Shown here piece by piece: positions 21,658 to 33,072 of a stretch of 64,000 nucleotides of DNA (positions are counted from its first letter, which is position 1; every line of letters starts with the position of its first letter). The DNA comes from Williopsis jadinii. Lineage: Eukaryota. A model generated the notes under the pieces. The model ran no database searches and had not been told where the DNA came from. It saw nothing but the letters and a program-made list of their open reading frames with translations. The stretch lies in the NCBI GenBank assembly GCA_024346625.1, contig AP024666.1, positions 744,001 through 808,000 on the forward strand, in the 5' to 3' direction. The position numbers and the translations under genes are program-made.

Positions 21658-22377
21658 ATGGCTTCGAGCGCAGCTTCACTCTTGTTACGGCAATACAGAG
21701 AGTTAACGGACCCTAAGAAGGGATTGCCGGGATTCCATATCGAGCTAGAGGATGACAACATCTTTGTGTGGAACATCGGCGTGATGGTACTGGACAAGGA
21801 CTCTGCGTACTATGGCGGCTACTTCAGGGCTCAAATGAAGTTCCCTCCTGATTTCCCCTTCTCTCCGCCGTCGTTTAGATTCACACCGGCCATCTACCAT
21901 CCAAACGTCTACAGGGATGGCCGTCTCTGTATATCCATCCTCCACAGATCGGGCGACCCAACGTCTGACGAGCCAGACGCAGAGACGTGGTCTCCAGCGC
22001 AGAGCGTAGAGACGGTGTTGATCTCGATAGTGTCACTCTTGGAGGACCCAAACCCTCTCTCACCTGCAAACGTCGATGCCGCTGTGGATTTCAGATCAAG
22101 ACCTGACGAATACAAGAAGAAGGTACAGTTTGAAGTGGAGAGATCGAAACAGGATATCCCTGCGGGATTTGTGATGCCTACTGAAGAGGACGCCTACTTG
22201 AGTGCCTCAGCCCCTCCAGTTGAAGAGGATGTTGTTGATGAGAACTTTTGGTACGATTCGGAAGAAGATGAGGATGATGACGAGAGCTACGATGACGATA
22301 GCATCATGGATGACGTTGATAACGAGGAGGATGAAGAGGCGGAAGCGGAAGCCGATATGGAACACTCTCAAAAGTGA
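21658..22377 (+). CDS. CDC34: Ubiquitin-conjugating enzyme Cdc34/Ubc3
   Basis: YHPNVYRDGRLCISILH active site, acidic loop insertion and acidic C-terminal tail. Confidence 0.95.
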   Translation: MASSAASLLLRQYRELTDPKKGLPGFHIELEDDNIFVWNIGVMVLDKDSAYYGGYFRAQMKFPPDFPFSPPSFRFTPAIYHPNVYRDGRLCISILHRSGDPTSDEPDAETWSPAQSVETVLISIVSLLEDPNPLSPANVDAAVDFRSRPDEYKKKVQFEVERSKQDIPAGFVMPTEEDAYLSASAPPVEEDVVDENFWYDSEEDEDDDESYDDDSIMDDVDNEEDEEAEAEADMEHSQK

Positions 22378-22851
22378 AAAATGTTTCCTATCATTATCAT
22401 CATGTTTGCTCTCTCTTTTTTGTTTTACGAACCAACTTCCACTCTAATGTACTGGTATCATCATTTTGCATCATTATATAATCGCCTGTTTTCTTTTGCT
22501 CTTGTCCTGCAGCTTGTGTCTTCCTATCACATCACTATGTTGAAGACCAAAGAAGAAAAAGAACAAATAACACACACAAGTTCCATAGGATAAAACGGTA
22601 TACGATCACTATTGCCAATTTCTTGGAGATGAAATATACCTTCCATGAAGGTGTGACGTGGCATACTATTCATTGTCCAAAACTTGTGTTGTTCCTTCTT
22701 CCCATTTTAAGGATTACAGCTAATACTTTTCTGTTATTTACATATGACACACTGATCCAAGGATATGCTATTATACAGTATAAACATCATATATATACAT
22801 ACAGAGAAATCGACAAGAGAGTAACATTTCAAAGTGTGAGTTAGATTCTGC

Positions 22852-23250
22852 TTAGCTGTACTCCTCAGCTTCGTCAAATTTGGCGAGGTCTTTGAGCTGC
22901 TCCGTTAAATTTCTCATCCTTATCTTGATGAGTCCCTCGGGGAAGTTTCTCTCTGTTACAAATATGACACCGTATTCAGTTCCTGGGACAAGTGAGCCAT
23001 AAATCTTTTCATCATCATCTTCTTCTGGAGCTTCAAATCTTTGTACCTCTAATGTGATCCCCTGTCTAGCGGCCAAGAGGGCAAACATCTTAATTTTCGT
23101 CACTGAAAAGTCCTTGCTTGTAACTGTACAAAGCGGAACTCCAGAGGACTTCGTTATCGTAACTGCTGTGACCTGCGAGTCTGTTGTTCTAGACCCACGA
23201 ACAGCTTGCTCTAGCAAAGACTCGATGTTTCTTGCAACAAACATACCCAT
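22852..23250 (-). CDS. SLM4: Probable EGO complex subunit Ego3/Slm4 (roadblock fold)
   Basis: 132 aa. N-terminus MGMFVARNIESLLEQ resembles recalled Slm4 MVMLHSKNVKGFLEN; IKMFALL and FPEGLIKIRM segments fit the family. Confidence 0.65.
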   Translation of the reverse strand: MGMFVARNIESLLEQAVRGSRTTDSQVTAVTITKSSGVPLCTVTSKDFSVTKIKMFALLAARQGITLEVQRFEAPEEDDDEKIYGSLVPGTEYGVIFVTERNFPEGLIKIRMRNLTEQLKDLAKFDEAEEYS

Positions 23251-23511
23251 TTTGGGGATTCTTTACTTGCGGTAGTTAAACGTCCAAACAGCCATATTGA
23301 AGAGGTTCTCTAACTACTAGACTCCCAACAATTAATTTTGATAACAGCCAGGATTGCATTTGGTGTTTGGATGTTACGGGCACATACAATACGGTTGGCA
23401 TGAATTCCATGATGAGCACATCATGACACTTCCTAGAGTGAGAATGAGTAATCAAACTTTGCTTTTGATGTACGTTTATATAGATAGATAAAGTATCAGA
23501 TATAATTTGTT

Positions 23512-26500
23512 TTAAAGGGTTTCATAAATCAATTCTCTCACTCTGTAATCTTCATTGGCCTCTTCAATCTCTTCCCAGTTCCCAATGATGTCATCTTTAC
23601 CTCTAACAACACCTGGTGGGGAACGGCCCTTTGAATAACGTCTCCAGACATTACGAGCTTCCTCGTCGGTTCCCAGATCCCTATAGGTAAATGGAACACG
23701 GTTAGCAGTGAGAATGGTGGCAAGTTTGTTTGTTCTTTGAGGCATGAAGAAGCCACCACCTGCAAGTGAGGTAAAAATATACACTGGTTCATCTTTCAAG
23801 AGCTCGATAATCTCATCCTTCGAAGGTTCGTGCAAATCATCAAAGTCATCATCTACTTTAGCTTTGTCAGCAGAAGCAGGCTCGTTTTTGGAGACAGTTT
23901 CTTCAGATTCATCAGTTTCGAGCTTCTTGGAGGTTTGCTCTTCAGGCTCATCAGTTGACTCTCTAGACTCCAGCTCCTTTGAAGAACTGTTCTCCTCACT
24001 TTCATCTGCCGGATTTTCAGCTTCTTGATCAACCTCATCCTCATTCTCTTTAGTGATATCAGCTCCTAACACGCCTTCAATCTCGCTGATTAGTTTCTCT
24101 GTGGCATCTGCAACAGACAGTTTGGAGACACCCTCACTAAGTTGACCAATCGATTTGTCATCACTAAGATCATCGAGATCAGGCTTATCAGTTTCTACCG
24201 AAGGAACATTGAGAGAAGCCTTTTCGACGGGGTCGACATCTTTGAGAGCCTTGGAATCTTCAAGAGGATGGGAACTCTTGACAGATTCTTCTACAATGTC
24301 GCTCTCATCATCTTCCAGGTTAACGGGCACTGACTCCTCAATACTCTCGCTCTCTTCCACTGCAACAGACTTTGTATCAGAGTCAGCAGCAGTTTTTTCA
24401 TCAAGGTTGACTGATTCTGTAGGTGTTTCAGTTTCAGAGATTGAAGTTTCGTTACTATCTTTTGAAGGTTCAACAGCAGTGTCTTCGACAGTTTTGTCTT
24501 CGTCCTTGTCTTCCGGTTCCTCTTCTTGCTTCACTTCTTGTCCCTCCTCCTGTGTCACTTCTTGTTCCTCTTCTTCTTTCACTTCCTCTTTCACTTCCTC
24601 TTCATCTTCTTGTTTGTCATCCTCTTTGTCATTCTTTTCCTCTTCTTGTTCCTCTTCTTGTTCCCCATCCTCTTTATCTGCTTCCTTGTCTCCCTCCTGG
24701 CCTTCTTGAATTCCAGATTTCTCTCCCTCGCTGACTGATTTTGGAACTTCAAGATCTTTAACTGTCTCAGTCTCTTCATCAGAGAGAGATGTGTTAAGAT
24801 TATCAGTGATGGCCGTTTCTAATCCTACTTCAGTTGATTTCTTCTCAGTATCATCAGTCTTTGAGGTAGTCTGAACTGTTTCAGATGCGTTGGCAGTCAC
24901 AATACTCGCATCTGCTGGTTTGGCTGAAGTTTCAGTCTCTACACTGCTTGTGTTAGCAGCTTTTAGAGAATCATCCTCTACAATGCTCCGATCGGTTGTT
25001 TCCGAATCTTCTGCTTTCACAGTCCTCGCAGTGGTTTCAGCTGTCGAGGGTTCCACCTCAGCAAGTGATTTCTTTGCTGCATCACTCTTCAGCTCTTTAA
25101 TTGCATCTTCTTCATCCTCAACATCACCTTCAGGAGCACCAACCACAACTGAATCCTCATCTTTGAGTGATGAGACTTCATGGGCTTTTTGTTCAACAGA
25201 TTCAGGCTCTTGCTCATTAACATCTGCTTTCTTTTCGGTAGGTTGTTCTGTCACTGCGGAGGCCTCAATATCAGCAAGTGATTTTTTGGCATTCTCGTTC
25301 TCTGATTTCTCAATGATATCCACCTCGTCTTCAACGTCGCCTTGAGGAGCACTAGTTATGACTTCATTTTCGTCGTCGTTGAGTTTCTCTTCAGATATTG
25401 AAATTGAAGTTCTTTTCAAACCAGAGAAGGCAGAACGAGAATCATTTTTACGGGAAGAGAGATCAGCCTCTTCTGCAACGGAGTCAATGCGGTCAACAAG
25501 TTCTGGAACGTGGTCCAGCTCATCGTTGATCAAAACACCTTCATTTAAAAGGTCTTCGTTTGTAACTTGACGCTCCTCGTTGACCCTAGATCTTGAGCGA
25601 GACACAGAGCGCAAATAGTCTCTCGAGCCTGCTCTGAAAGATCTGAACGTATCTAAGGTACGGTCGGCAGCTCTACCTGTTCTAGTCTCATGCGCATACT
25701 CAACAGTCCCCTTGTAGGAATCACCCTTGGCCAAATGCGGTCTTTCAACGGTCACATCTTTCGATCTGCTAGCAGGTGCAGCCATTGACTGTGATCTTGA
25801 CTGAACCAGTGGCGACTCCATACCTTCCGGCGCTCCTGCTGGAACTTGCTGAAGGGAATCATTCTCAATGACAGATGTTGGAATGATACTCTGACTCAAG
25901 CTTGACTTCATCTGAGGTCTAGATCTCGATCTTCCTCCCATTCTCTTTTCAGAGATACTCTTTTGCAAATCACTCGTCATAGCTGACATTGATGCAATTT
26001 GCGAGTCGATCAAGTCCTCCAAGGACATTCCTGAATCCTGGTTCTTCAGCGAATAGATAGAGGACCCTTCGCTGGCCGCAGCGGACGACAGCGACGGTGT
26101 ATCAGCAACCAGATCCGGACGATGAAGCTTGTCGCTGACAGCGTCAACAACGACAAAACTCGATGAGGACTCGTCACCACTACCAGAGGGGTCCCTCTGA
26201 GCAGCCAGAACGCCATCGTCAGCTGATGCAGCCTTCGCAGGAGCCGGTTTGTCCTTTGAAGGGGACGACGAGGCATCCACAATAACAGCACCGGAGACTC
26301 CTTGTTTCACCTTGCCAGTGTCATCGAGTAATTCGTCGTACTCAAACTCATCGTTCAGAAGCGCACCTTCGCTGGCCAGCTCGTTGACGGTGGTGTAGTG
26401 CTTCTCCCCAGTAGGTTCATCCCTTGTAACTTTGTGGGCTGATCTGGAAGGGGAACGGTACGAAGCTTCGTCATAATCCGATTCAAGCTTCACGGATCTA

Positions 26501-26544
26501 ACGCTTGCACCAACAAGACTAGGCACTTCTCCTTTGGACGGCAT
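23512..26544 (-). CDS. AIP5: Aip5 (YFR016C-like): long acidic disordered region plus C-terminal glutaredoxin/SH3BGR-like actin-binding domain
   Basis: C-terminal VYIFTSLAGGG...RTNKLATILTANRVPFTYRDLGTDEEAR...PGVVRG...IGNWEEIEEANEDY. Confidence 0.85.
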   Translation of the reverse strand: MPSKGEVPSLVGASVRSVKLESDYDEASYRSPSRSAHKVTRDEPTGEKHYTTVNELASEGALLNDEFEYDELLDDTGKVKQGVSGAVIVDASSSPSKDKPAPAKAASADDGVLAAQRDPSGSGDESSSSFVVVDAVSDKLHRPDLVADTPSLSSAAASEGSSIYSLKNQDSGMSLEDLIDSQIASMSAMTSDLQKSISEKRMGGRSRSRPQMKSSLSQSIIPTSVIENDSLQQVPAGAPEGMESPLVQSRSQSMAAPASRSKDVTVERPHLAKGDSYKGTVEYAHETRTGRAADRTLDTFRSFRAGSRDYLRSVSRSRSRVNEERQVTNEDLLNEGVLINDELDHVPELVDRIDSVAEEADLSSRKNDSRSAFSGLKRTSISISEEKLNDDENEVITSAPQGDVEDEVDIIEKSENENAKKSLADIEASAVTEQPTEKKADVNEQEPESVEQKAHEVSSLKDEDSVVVGAPEGDVEDEEDAIKELKSDAAKKSLAEVEPSTAETTARTVKAEDSETTDRSIVEDDSLKAANTSSVETETSAKPADASIVTANASETVQTTSKTDDTEKKSTEVGLETAITDNLNTSLSDEETETVKDLEVPKSVSEGEKSGIQEGQEGDKEADKEDGEQEEEQEEEKNDKEDDKQEDEEEVKEEVKEEEEQEVTQEEGQEVKQEEEPEDKDEDKTVEDTAVEPSKDSNETSISETETPTESVNLDEKTAADSDTKSVAVEESESIEESVPVNLEDDESDIVEESVKSSHPLEDSKALKDVDPVEKASLNVPSVETDKPDLDDLSDDKSIGQLSEGVSKLSVADATEKLISEIEGVLGADITKENEDEVDQEAENPADESEENSSSKELESRESTDEPEEQTSKKLETDESEETVSKNEPASADKAKVDDDFDDLHEPSKDEIIELLKDEPVYIFTSLAGGGFFMPQRTNKLATILTANRVPFTYRDLGTDEEARNVWRRYSKGRSPPGVVRGKDDIIGNWEEIEEANEDYRVRELIYETL

Positions 26545-26983
26545 GTTCTAATGTTAACTTTCTCCTAACAACGGATGGGACTCGACAAGAAATCAAACAA
26601 CGCTGTTGTAATCTCTCCCTCTAAACGTCGGCCATATTCCAACTTACTGATAAGTTGCAATTCACGGGGCTGCGACCCTGGTACACGACACAGGCCTTGT
26701 CGCAACAGTACAAATTTAGCAAATTGGCGTGCGTTCCACCGCCTGGCGAGGACGGAGGTCTCCGTTCTGGCCCACTATTGTTAAACCAGCCAAGCGCTCA
26801 GCGGTAAGGCATCTTTTATCAACACTCCATAGCTGGCGGTTATATATTACAACCAATTGTATGAAGAAGATAGGGCGTTAAGAGAAAACAAGTCTTATTT
26901 TAAATGTTGAATGCTATGTATAGATGATATTTTCTGTTGTGTTTTTTATGGGAGGAGGGTGAAGTGGAAGGAGAGTTGTTGGC

Positions 26984-29900
26984 TCAAGCGCTGATCTCAG
27001 AACGGAGGAGCTTCTCAGCCTTCTCGACGGCAGCCTTTGGACCCTTGATGTAGATGATGTCGTTTACCTTGTCTGATGGTTTTGGGACCGTGATCTGTGC
27101 GCCAGACTTCTTTCTCAAACTGTTCAAGCGTGAGCCTTGGGACCCGATGACCTTACGGAACACTTTCTCTGGTGTTTTGAACCAGAAGAAACCGATAGTA
27201 TCGTCGTTGGAGTGCTGCGCAATGGCGTCTTTAATCAACTTCTCAACCTTGGCTACTTCCTCGTCTTCTCCAGACAGTCTCCATGAGATAACATCATCAT
27301 TCTCCACTGGCTTGTCCTCGACAACGGTGAACTTCTCAGTCTCTTCGCCCTCACCACGAACACCATCTGGAAGAGTTGGAACAGCGTTGGACAGCTTCTG
27401 TGCCTTTCTGTTAGCATCACCAAAGCTTATGTCAACGTTGTGCTCAATTCTTACATCCTTTGCGAACAAACCTCTTTGGAAAACAGAGGCATGGACGTTC
27501 ACTGGGACTTCAACGACAGTCTTCCATGAATCTGCGGTCAACTCAAGAACCTTGGCCTTGGCCTTTTCAACGTTAGCTGGTTGTCCCTGGATCACGACCG
27601 AGTCCGATTTGGATTCAGCCTTTGGAATGTCGAGGTAAACATCAAACTCATCTTCCAAAGAACGACGAACGAAACCACCGGCACCGATCAACAATCTGTG
27701 CTTGTTCTTTGGGATCTCGAGAGTTTCCTGAATTGCACTCTCTTTATCGGCAACGATGGCCTTGATTTGCTCAATGATGTTCTCAACAACCTTCTTTGGA
27801 CCTGTGGAAGAGATAACAGAAACATCAGAGCCAGCCTCTGGAACATGTAACAACTTAGCAGCAACGCCTTCAGAGTTACCAAGGGCCTGTGTGATGATCT
27901 TTTGCTTAGTTGCACCCTTTGGACCCAAAATGTCCTTGAAATACTTTTGATCAACTTCAAGCTCAACGGTAATGGTATCTTCAACTTCTTTAACAATAGC
28001 CTCAATTTGTTTCTCAGCATTGGTCAGTCCTGTTCTTGAACCTGTCAAAACAATAGTACCGGTTTCTGATCCATCCGGACCTTTATGAACCCTCACATCA
28101 ACACCAGTGTCAACAGCAATACGGTTCACGTTCTCACCAGAACGACCAATGATTCTTGAGATAGCAGCTACAGGAACTGTCAACTCCTTAGTATAACCGT
28201 TGGCAATCTCAAAGTCAAGAAGATCCTTCAATTCCTCAGTAGCCTTGGCAACTCCTCTTGATGGGCCCTTAATGGTGACATCATCAGTAGTTCTATCGAA
28301 ATGGATAGCAACGTTGTACTTAGTTTGCAATTTCTTGACATTTTGACCATTGGAACCGATCAAGGATGCACGATATTGCTTAGCAACGATTAAAGTCTTA
28401 GTGATCTCGTCAGCCCATCTCTTAGCAGCATGTGCAATATGGACTTCAGCCTCCTTAACGTTGAACTTGTAACCAGTGATTTTCAAGCCGGTCTTTTCAC
28501 CTGAATCTTCTTTATCGACGTCGATATTAACAGCAAACTTTTCACTAATCTCTTTCAAGTTAGAGCCCGATTTACCAATCAATCTTGACAAGACAGATGT
28601 TGGAACAGTAGTCTCAAGAACGAAGCTGTACAAGTCAGTTTGATCAGCAGCATCAGCCAGTAAGGTGGCAATCTCCTTCTCAACCTTAACAACATCAGTC
28701 TTTGCACCCTCGATGAAAACCTTGTCATCTGCTTCAGCTTTACCATCATTGTGAAGCACAATATTTACAGAGTTTGCAGACTCAATCAAGCTTGCTAGAG
28801 TAGTTCCGTTTGGCCCAGCAATGAACTGTTGCTTGTCAGATGGAACGTCCAAGACAACTCTCTTCAAGTGTTCTTGGGCCTTTCTCAGCTCATCCAAAGA
28901 TTCAGCAGTATTTCTTAGTCTAGAGTCAATCTCCTCTTGGGTTGGTGCGAATTCGTCATCCTTGCCGTCAAGTGCAACAAAGATGATATCATCCGTGGCA
29001 TTGTTAGATAGTTCGGACAATGGAACAACAGCAACATTTTCAACCTTTGCAGTTCCTTCAGTAGCATGAACAACTCTCTTTGCAAAGAATGAAGAAAGAT
29101 CGGAAACAACCAAGAAGCGGGATGGTGTGAAACGGTTGACGGTATCAATGATGGCCTTTCTAGATGCCTGGATCGATGCAGGATCTGATGAAGGACCACT
29201 GGTCTCAATAGCAATCGAAGACAACTCATCACCAGCCAACTTTGAGTATGGAGGAGCTTGGATACTAGTGTGATGTTGCTTACCAATCTCCTTCAGAAGA
29301 CCAGAGTAAGACAAGAAGGCAGCCAAACGTCTGGCGTGGACAACATCACCACCGTGAGCTCTGGAGATGACCAATGAGTCAATGACAAACTGAGAGCTTG
29401 TGTTTCTAGCAGACTTGATAGCGGCGTCAACGTTCTTTTCAAGACCAACAAATTCAACTTCAGTATCGTCTTCTCCATCTGGGAGTTTGACAACAACTTG
29501 GAACTCCTTCCACAATTGTTCAGTGTTGATGAATTGTTGATATTTCTTTGGAATGGTTTTAACATCAACCTTGATCTTTTTGTTCAAAGAATCGAACTCC
29601 TGTGAGAGTTCATTCTTCTTGGAAATAACCGCATCTCTCAAGCCAGAAATGGTGATGATACCGTTCTTGTTTGGACCTGCAACGACCAAGTCCTCCTCGC
29701 TAGATTCAAGTGGTTGAACAAATGGACGGACCCTTTCAGGAACGGTGATTCTTGCAGTAAGAGTCTTTGTCTCTTCCTCAACGATGGCCAAGATACTCTT
29801 CTTCGCCTCAAGAACACCATCAACGTCACCGGTAATGGTGACGGTGATCTCATCGTCATCCTCCTGGTCGGTGGAGGAAGGAGTTTGAGATCTCTCGATG

Positions 29901-30544
29901 TCAATCTTGGTAGCAGTAGCCTCAACGATTGGCTTCAAGTTTCTACCACCGGAACCGATGATTGCAGATCTTGTAGATGCAGGAACCTTGAAGGATTCAG
30001 AGACAGGTTTAGTCAGACGACGAACCAATTCTCTTCTGACACGAGCAACATCGTTTGGCTTACCGGTAACGATGAAGGATCTGTCTTGGGTCTTTGTGGA
30101 CAAAGTGGACTCGATGGAGACATTGTGGGCCTTCTTGAGGTCAGAGACAATCTTGATAAACTCGGTCTTGATGATGTTCAACGCAGCAATATGGGAGATG
30201 TTGAAAGCCTCTTGAACGTTCTTAGAACGGGCAACACCAGCAGTCAAGTTGTTCGAAGAGTTACCATTTGAAGTAGGTGCCGAGCTAACGCTGCTGGAGG
30301 ACACAGTGGTCTTCATAGAAGGACCCCAGGACACGGCATTCTTGTTAGTGGCAACAACGCCGGAACCAAGAGTTGGGAAGGCGTTCTCGTCGTTGATAGA
30401 AGGTGGTGGGACAGGTGTAGTTTCAACAGGAGTTTCGACAGCGGTGGACTCTTCAGAGACAACATCCGTGGTGGAGTTGTTTTCGTCGTTGATCTCAACA
30501 TCGGCAACAGCGGTTGCAATGTTGGTTTCGTTTTCAGTGGACAT
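26984..30544 (-). CDS. SCP160: Vigilin-like multi-KH RNA-binding protein Scp160
   Basis: PSINDENAFPTL N-terminal motif and many KH repeats (IIGSGG, LIGKSG, LIGSNG, IIGRSG, ILGPKG, LIGAGG, VIGSQG). Confidence 0.96.
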   Translation of the reverse strand: MSTENETNIATAVADVEINDENNSTTDVVSEESTAVETPVETTPVPPPSINDENAFPTLGSGVVATNKNAVSWGPSMKTTVSSSSVSSAPTSNGNSSNNLTAGVARSKNVQEAFNISHIAALNIIKTEFIKIVSDLKKAHNVSIESTLSTKTQDRSFIVTGKPNDVARVRRELVRRLTKPVSESFKVPASTRSAIIGSGGRNLKPIVEATATKIDIERSQTPSSTDQEDDDEITVTITGDVDGVLEAKKSILAIVEEETKTLTARITVPERVRPFVQPLESSEEDLVVAGPNKNGIITISGLRDAVISKKNELSQEFDSLNKKIKVDVKTIPKKYQQFINTEQLWKEFQVVVKLPDGEDDTEVEFVGLEKNVDAAIKSARNTSSQFVIDSLVISRAHGGDVVHARRLAAFLSYSGLLKEIGKQHHTSIQAPPYSKLAGDELSSIAIETSGPSSDPASIQASRKAIIDTVNRFTPSRFLVVSDLSSFFAKRVVHATEGTAKVENVAVVPLSELSNNATDDIIFVALDGKDDEFAPTQEEIDSRLRNTAESLDELRKAQEHLKRVVLDVPSDKQQFIAGPNGTTLASLIESANSVNIVLHNDGKAEADDKVFIEGAKTDVVKVEKEIATLLADAADQTDLYSFVLETTVPTSVLSRLIGKSGSNLKEISEKFAVNIDVDKEDSGEKTGLKITGYKFNVKEAEVHIAHAAKRWADEITKTLIVAKQYRASLIGSNGQNVKKLQTKYNVAIHFDRTTDDVTIKGPSRGVAKATEELKDLLDFEIANGYTKELTVPVAAISRIIGRSGENVNRIAVDTGVDVRVHKGPDGSETGTIVLTGSRTGLTNAEKQIEAIVKEVEDTITVELEVDQKYFKDILGPKGATKQKIITQALGNSEGVAAKLLHVPEAGSDVSVISSTGPKKVVENIIEQIKAIVADKESAIQETLEIPKNKHRLLIGAGGFVRRSLEDEFDVYLDIPKAESKSDSVVIQGQPANVEKAKAKVLELTADSWKTVVEVPVNVHASVFQRGLFAKDVRIEHNVDISFGDANRKAQKLSNAVPTLPDGVRGEGEETEKFTVVEDKPVENDDVISWRLSGEDEEVAKVEKLIKDAIAQHSNDDTIGFFWFKTPEKVFRKVIGSQGSRLNSLRKKSGAQITVPKPSDKVNDIIYIKGPKAAVEKAEKLLRSEISA

Positions 30545-32176
30545 GATGAGTATTCAAGTCAATTTCCAGGACGGCAGAATTCAATTCAAACGGACAGCGT
30601 GGGGAGCGGAGTGGAATATTTCTCTTTTATTTCGGTTGTTTCTCTCGATTTCTCTTACTATGAACTATCTGACTGGCAATGGCTTGGAACCAACTTTTTT
30701 GATCAGAGAGACAGACGACAAGGAAAAACACGGAAGATAGGAACTAAAAGATGGAAATAATGGACAACGTATGTAAGTTATCGACAAAGGAAAAGAAGGT
30801 CAAATGGGTGGAGCCAAATGGAAGATCTTTAAAGCGAATAACTCAGTTAGTACGGAATACAAGTGAAACTTAGGATTGGCTGTTGATAGGACAATTCGTT
30901 CTCTCTTTGTTGTGGTTGTTGTGGTTGTTGTTGGAGATGGCGATGGAGGTGAAGAACAAGCAGAGGGATTGAATTTCGTGATCTTCGAGTGACGTGTAAC
31001 TAAGGAATTCTGTTCAATTGCAGCCTCACTGGGCGAAATGCGGAAGTTCTGCCCCGACCGTTGTGTTTTGCGCAATTCGCAAATCGATCAATGTTTTTGC
31101 GCGATGTCATTTTGGCGTAATATTTTTTGGCGTATAATCTGACGCCTGTTTTACACGTAGGGTAACGCTTAAGGCGTGAAGTGATGGTCTATAGTTGATT
31201 GGAGAGGTGTTTGTTGATTGATGATGGTTCATCTAGTAGAAGGTGGTGGATGATGAGAATGGGTTGTTTGGAGTAGTGGACCTCAAATCAGGCTCAGCGG
31301 AAGGGAGGGGCATGTGATGTGTGGCGGTGGTTAAGCTGGTGGTGGTGCACTGTTAGTGAAAACCTCCACAAGGGTATGCACAGAGACATAGATATTGTCG
31401 TGTGTGATTGTAAGCTATTACAGTGGATATTCACGTCAATTGGAATGAGACCTGAACACTGATAGTGGGAGGACTAGAGAAGCAGACATATCAATGGTTG
31501 GTGCATGTATTAGTTTCCTGATGGGGGAGTTCTGCTAGAGCAGTACAGCAAAAGGTACCCACAGACAATGTGTGAATTTGTTTGCTGCTTCTCAGCACAA
31601 AGTGTATATCAATATACACTTCCAACCTGGTATCGTAAGGTAATCACTAAAGATTCAGCTTAACCCTACTCAAGAGCAACAAGCTTCAAATGGATAAACC
31701 GTATCTCCTTCCAGCTAGGTACAATTACCAATGTACATAGCGTATATGTAGGGCCAAGCACGCTAAAAAGTAACAACATTTCATCAGCCATAATTACTGT
31801 AATGGATATTCGCGGCTAGTGAACTATCTCAAACGGGAAATATGAGGCTAGTGAAACCGAATCCGGAAAACTGCCGTTTACAGGCGTTATCGTATGTTTG
31901 TTTTCATTTTGTTGTTTTTCCCTTATGCCACTGGGCTTGTGCTTTTCGGTCGTTCCTCTCTCTTCTCCCCTAAGCTGCTCTTCCCACAAATTTACTTTGT
32001 TGTCATCAACTCCACCACCTATCAACGCAGTATACGGGACACTATCACGGATAAAACCTGTTGTATACCGAATCAGATCACATCACTGGGGGAAAGTCTA
32101 ACCGCTGGTGTTGAAACATATTACGACATTTTAATATTACCCACTCATCTGACATACTGCACATTTGATATTCGAT

Positions 32177-32791
32177 ATGTCCGCAACTCAACAAGAACCT
32201 CGTTTCGCACAGTTTAAACTGGTGCTTCTTGGTGAAAGTGCCGTCGGTAAGTCATCCATAGTTCACAGATTCGTCAAGGACTCATTTGACGACTTCAGAG
32301 AGTCCACGATCGGCGCTGCATTCTTAACACAGACCATTCAACTCGATGAAAACACAACAATCAAGTTTGAGATCTGGGATACCGCCGGTCAAGAGCGTTA
32401 CAAGTCTTTGGCACCAATGTACTACAGAAACGCCAATGCCGCCGTGGTGGTTTACGATATTACACAGGAGGCTTCACTTGAGAGGGCCAAATCGTGGATC
32501 AAAGAGCTTCAAAGACAAGCTAACCAGGATCTTGTGATTGCGCTTGCTGGGAATAAGTTGGATTTGGAGTCTGAGAGAAAAGTTGCAAAGGAAACCGCTC
32601 AGGCATATGCTACAGAGGAAGGCCTGCTATTCTTTGAAGTCTCTGCAAAGACAGGCCAAGGTGTGAAGGAAATTTTCCAGAGCATTGCAGAGAAGTTGCC
32701 ACTGGAGAGCCAAATAAAGTCCAAGAGCCAGCCAAAGAGTGTCAACCTGCAAAGACCAAGCACAAACAACCAATCATCTTGTTGTTCTTGA
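32177..32791 (+). CDS. YPT52: Rab5-family GTPase, Ypt52 type
   Basis: [47 protein letters not shown] and C-terminal CCS; next to MIC60 as in S. cerevisiae. Confidence 0.88.
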   Translation: MSATQQEPRFAQFKLVLLGESAVGKSSIVHRFVKDSFDDFRESTIGAAFLTQTIQLDENTTIKFEIWDTAGQERYKSLAPMYYRNANAAVVVYDITQEASLERAKSWIKELQRQANQDLVIALAGNKLDLESERKVAKETAQAYATEEGLLFFEVSAKTGQGVKEIFQSIAEKLPLESQIKSKSQPKSVNLQRPSTNNQSSCCS

Positions 32792-33072
32792 TCAACTCAG
32801 GTTCGTACCATTTCTATAAGTTTGTTTTCATCTTCTTTTTTGTCTTCCTCAACGTTCTCTTTCTTCATGACATGTAAGCTTCTTCTTTTCCCTTGTTAGT
32901 TTATCTTACAGTTTTGCTCCATTTACAGAATAGCGTGCTACAATAATCAAACCGTAATCAGTTCCTATCGATTTATGACAAGCGATTCTTATTACGAGAC
33001 GTTGGTGTGGAAAGAATGTTTTAACGTTTATATGTTTCTTGTATGTGTCAGTGGTACAATATTAGAATATCT

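Noticed and set aside
30820..30870. Minus-strand TACTAAC upstream of SCP160 (possible 5'-UTR intron)
   Set aside because: No plausible donor found upstream.
31100..32170. Long intergenic region between SCP160 and YPT52, including a 9-bp inverted repeat at 31601-31620
   Set aside because: No credible ORF, tRNA, LTR or snoRNA box pair; a single AT-rich palindrome is expected by chance.
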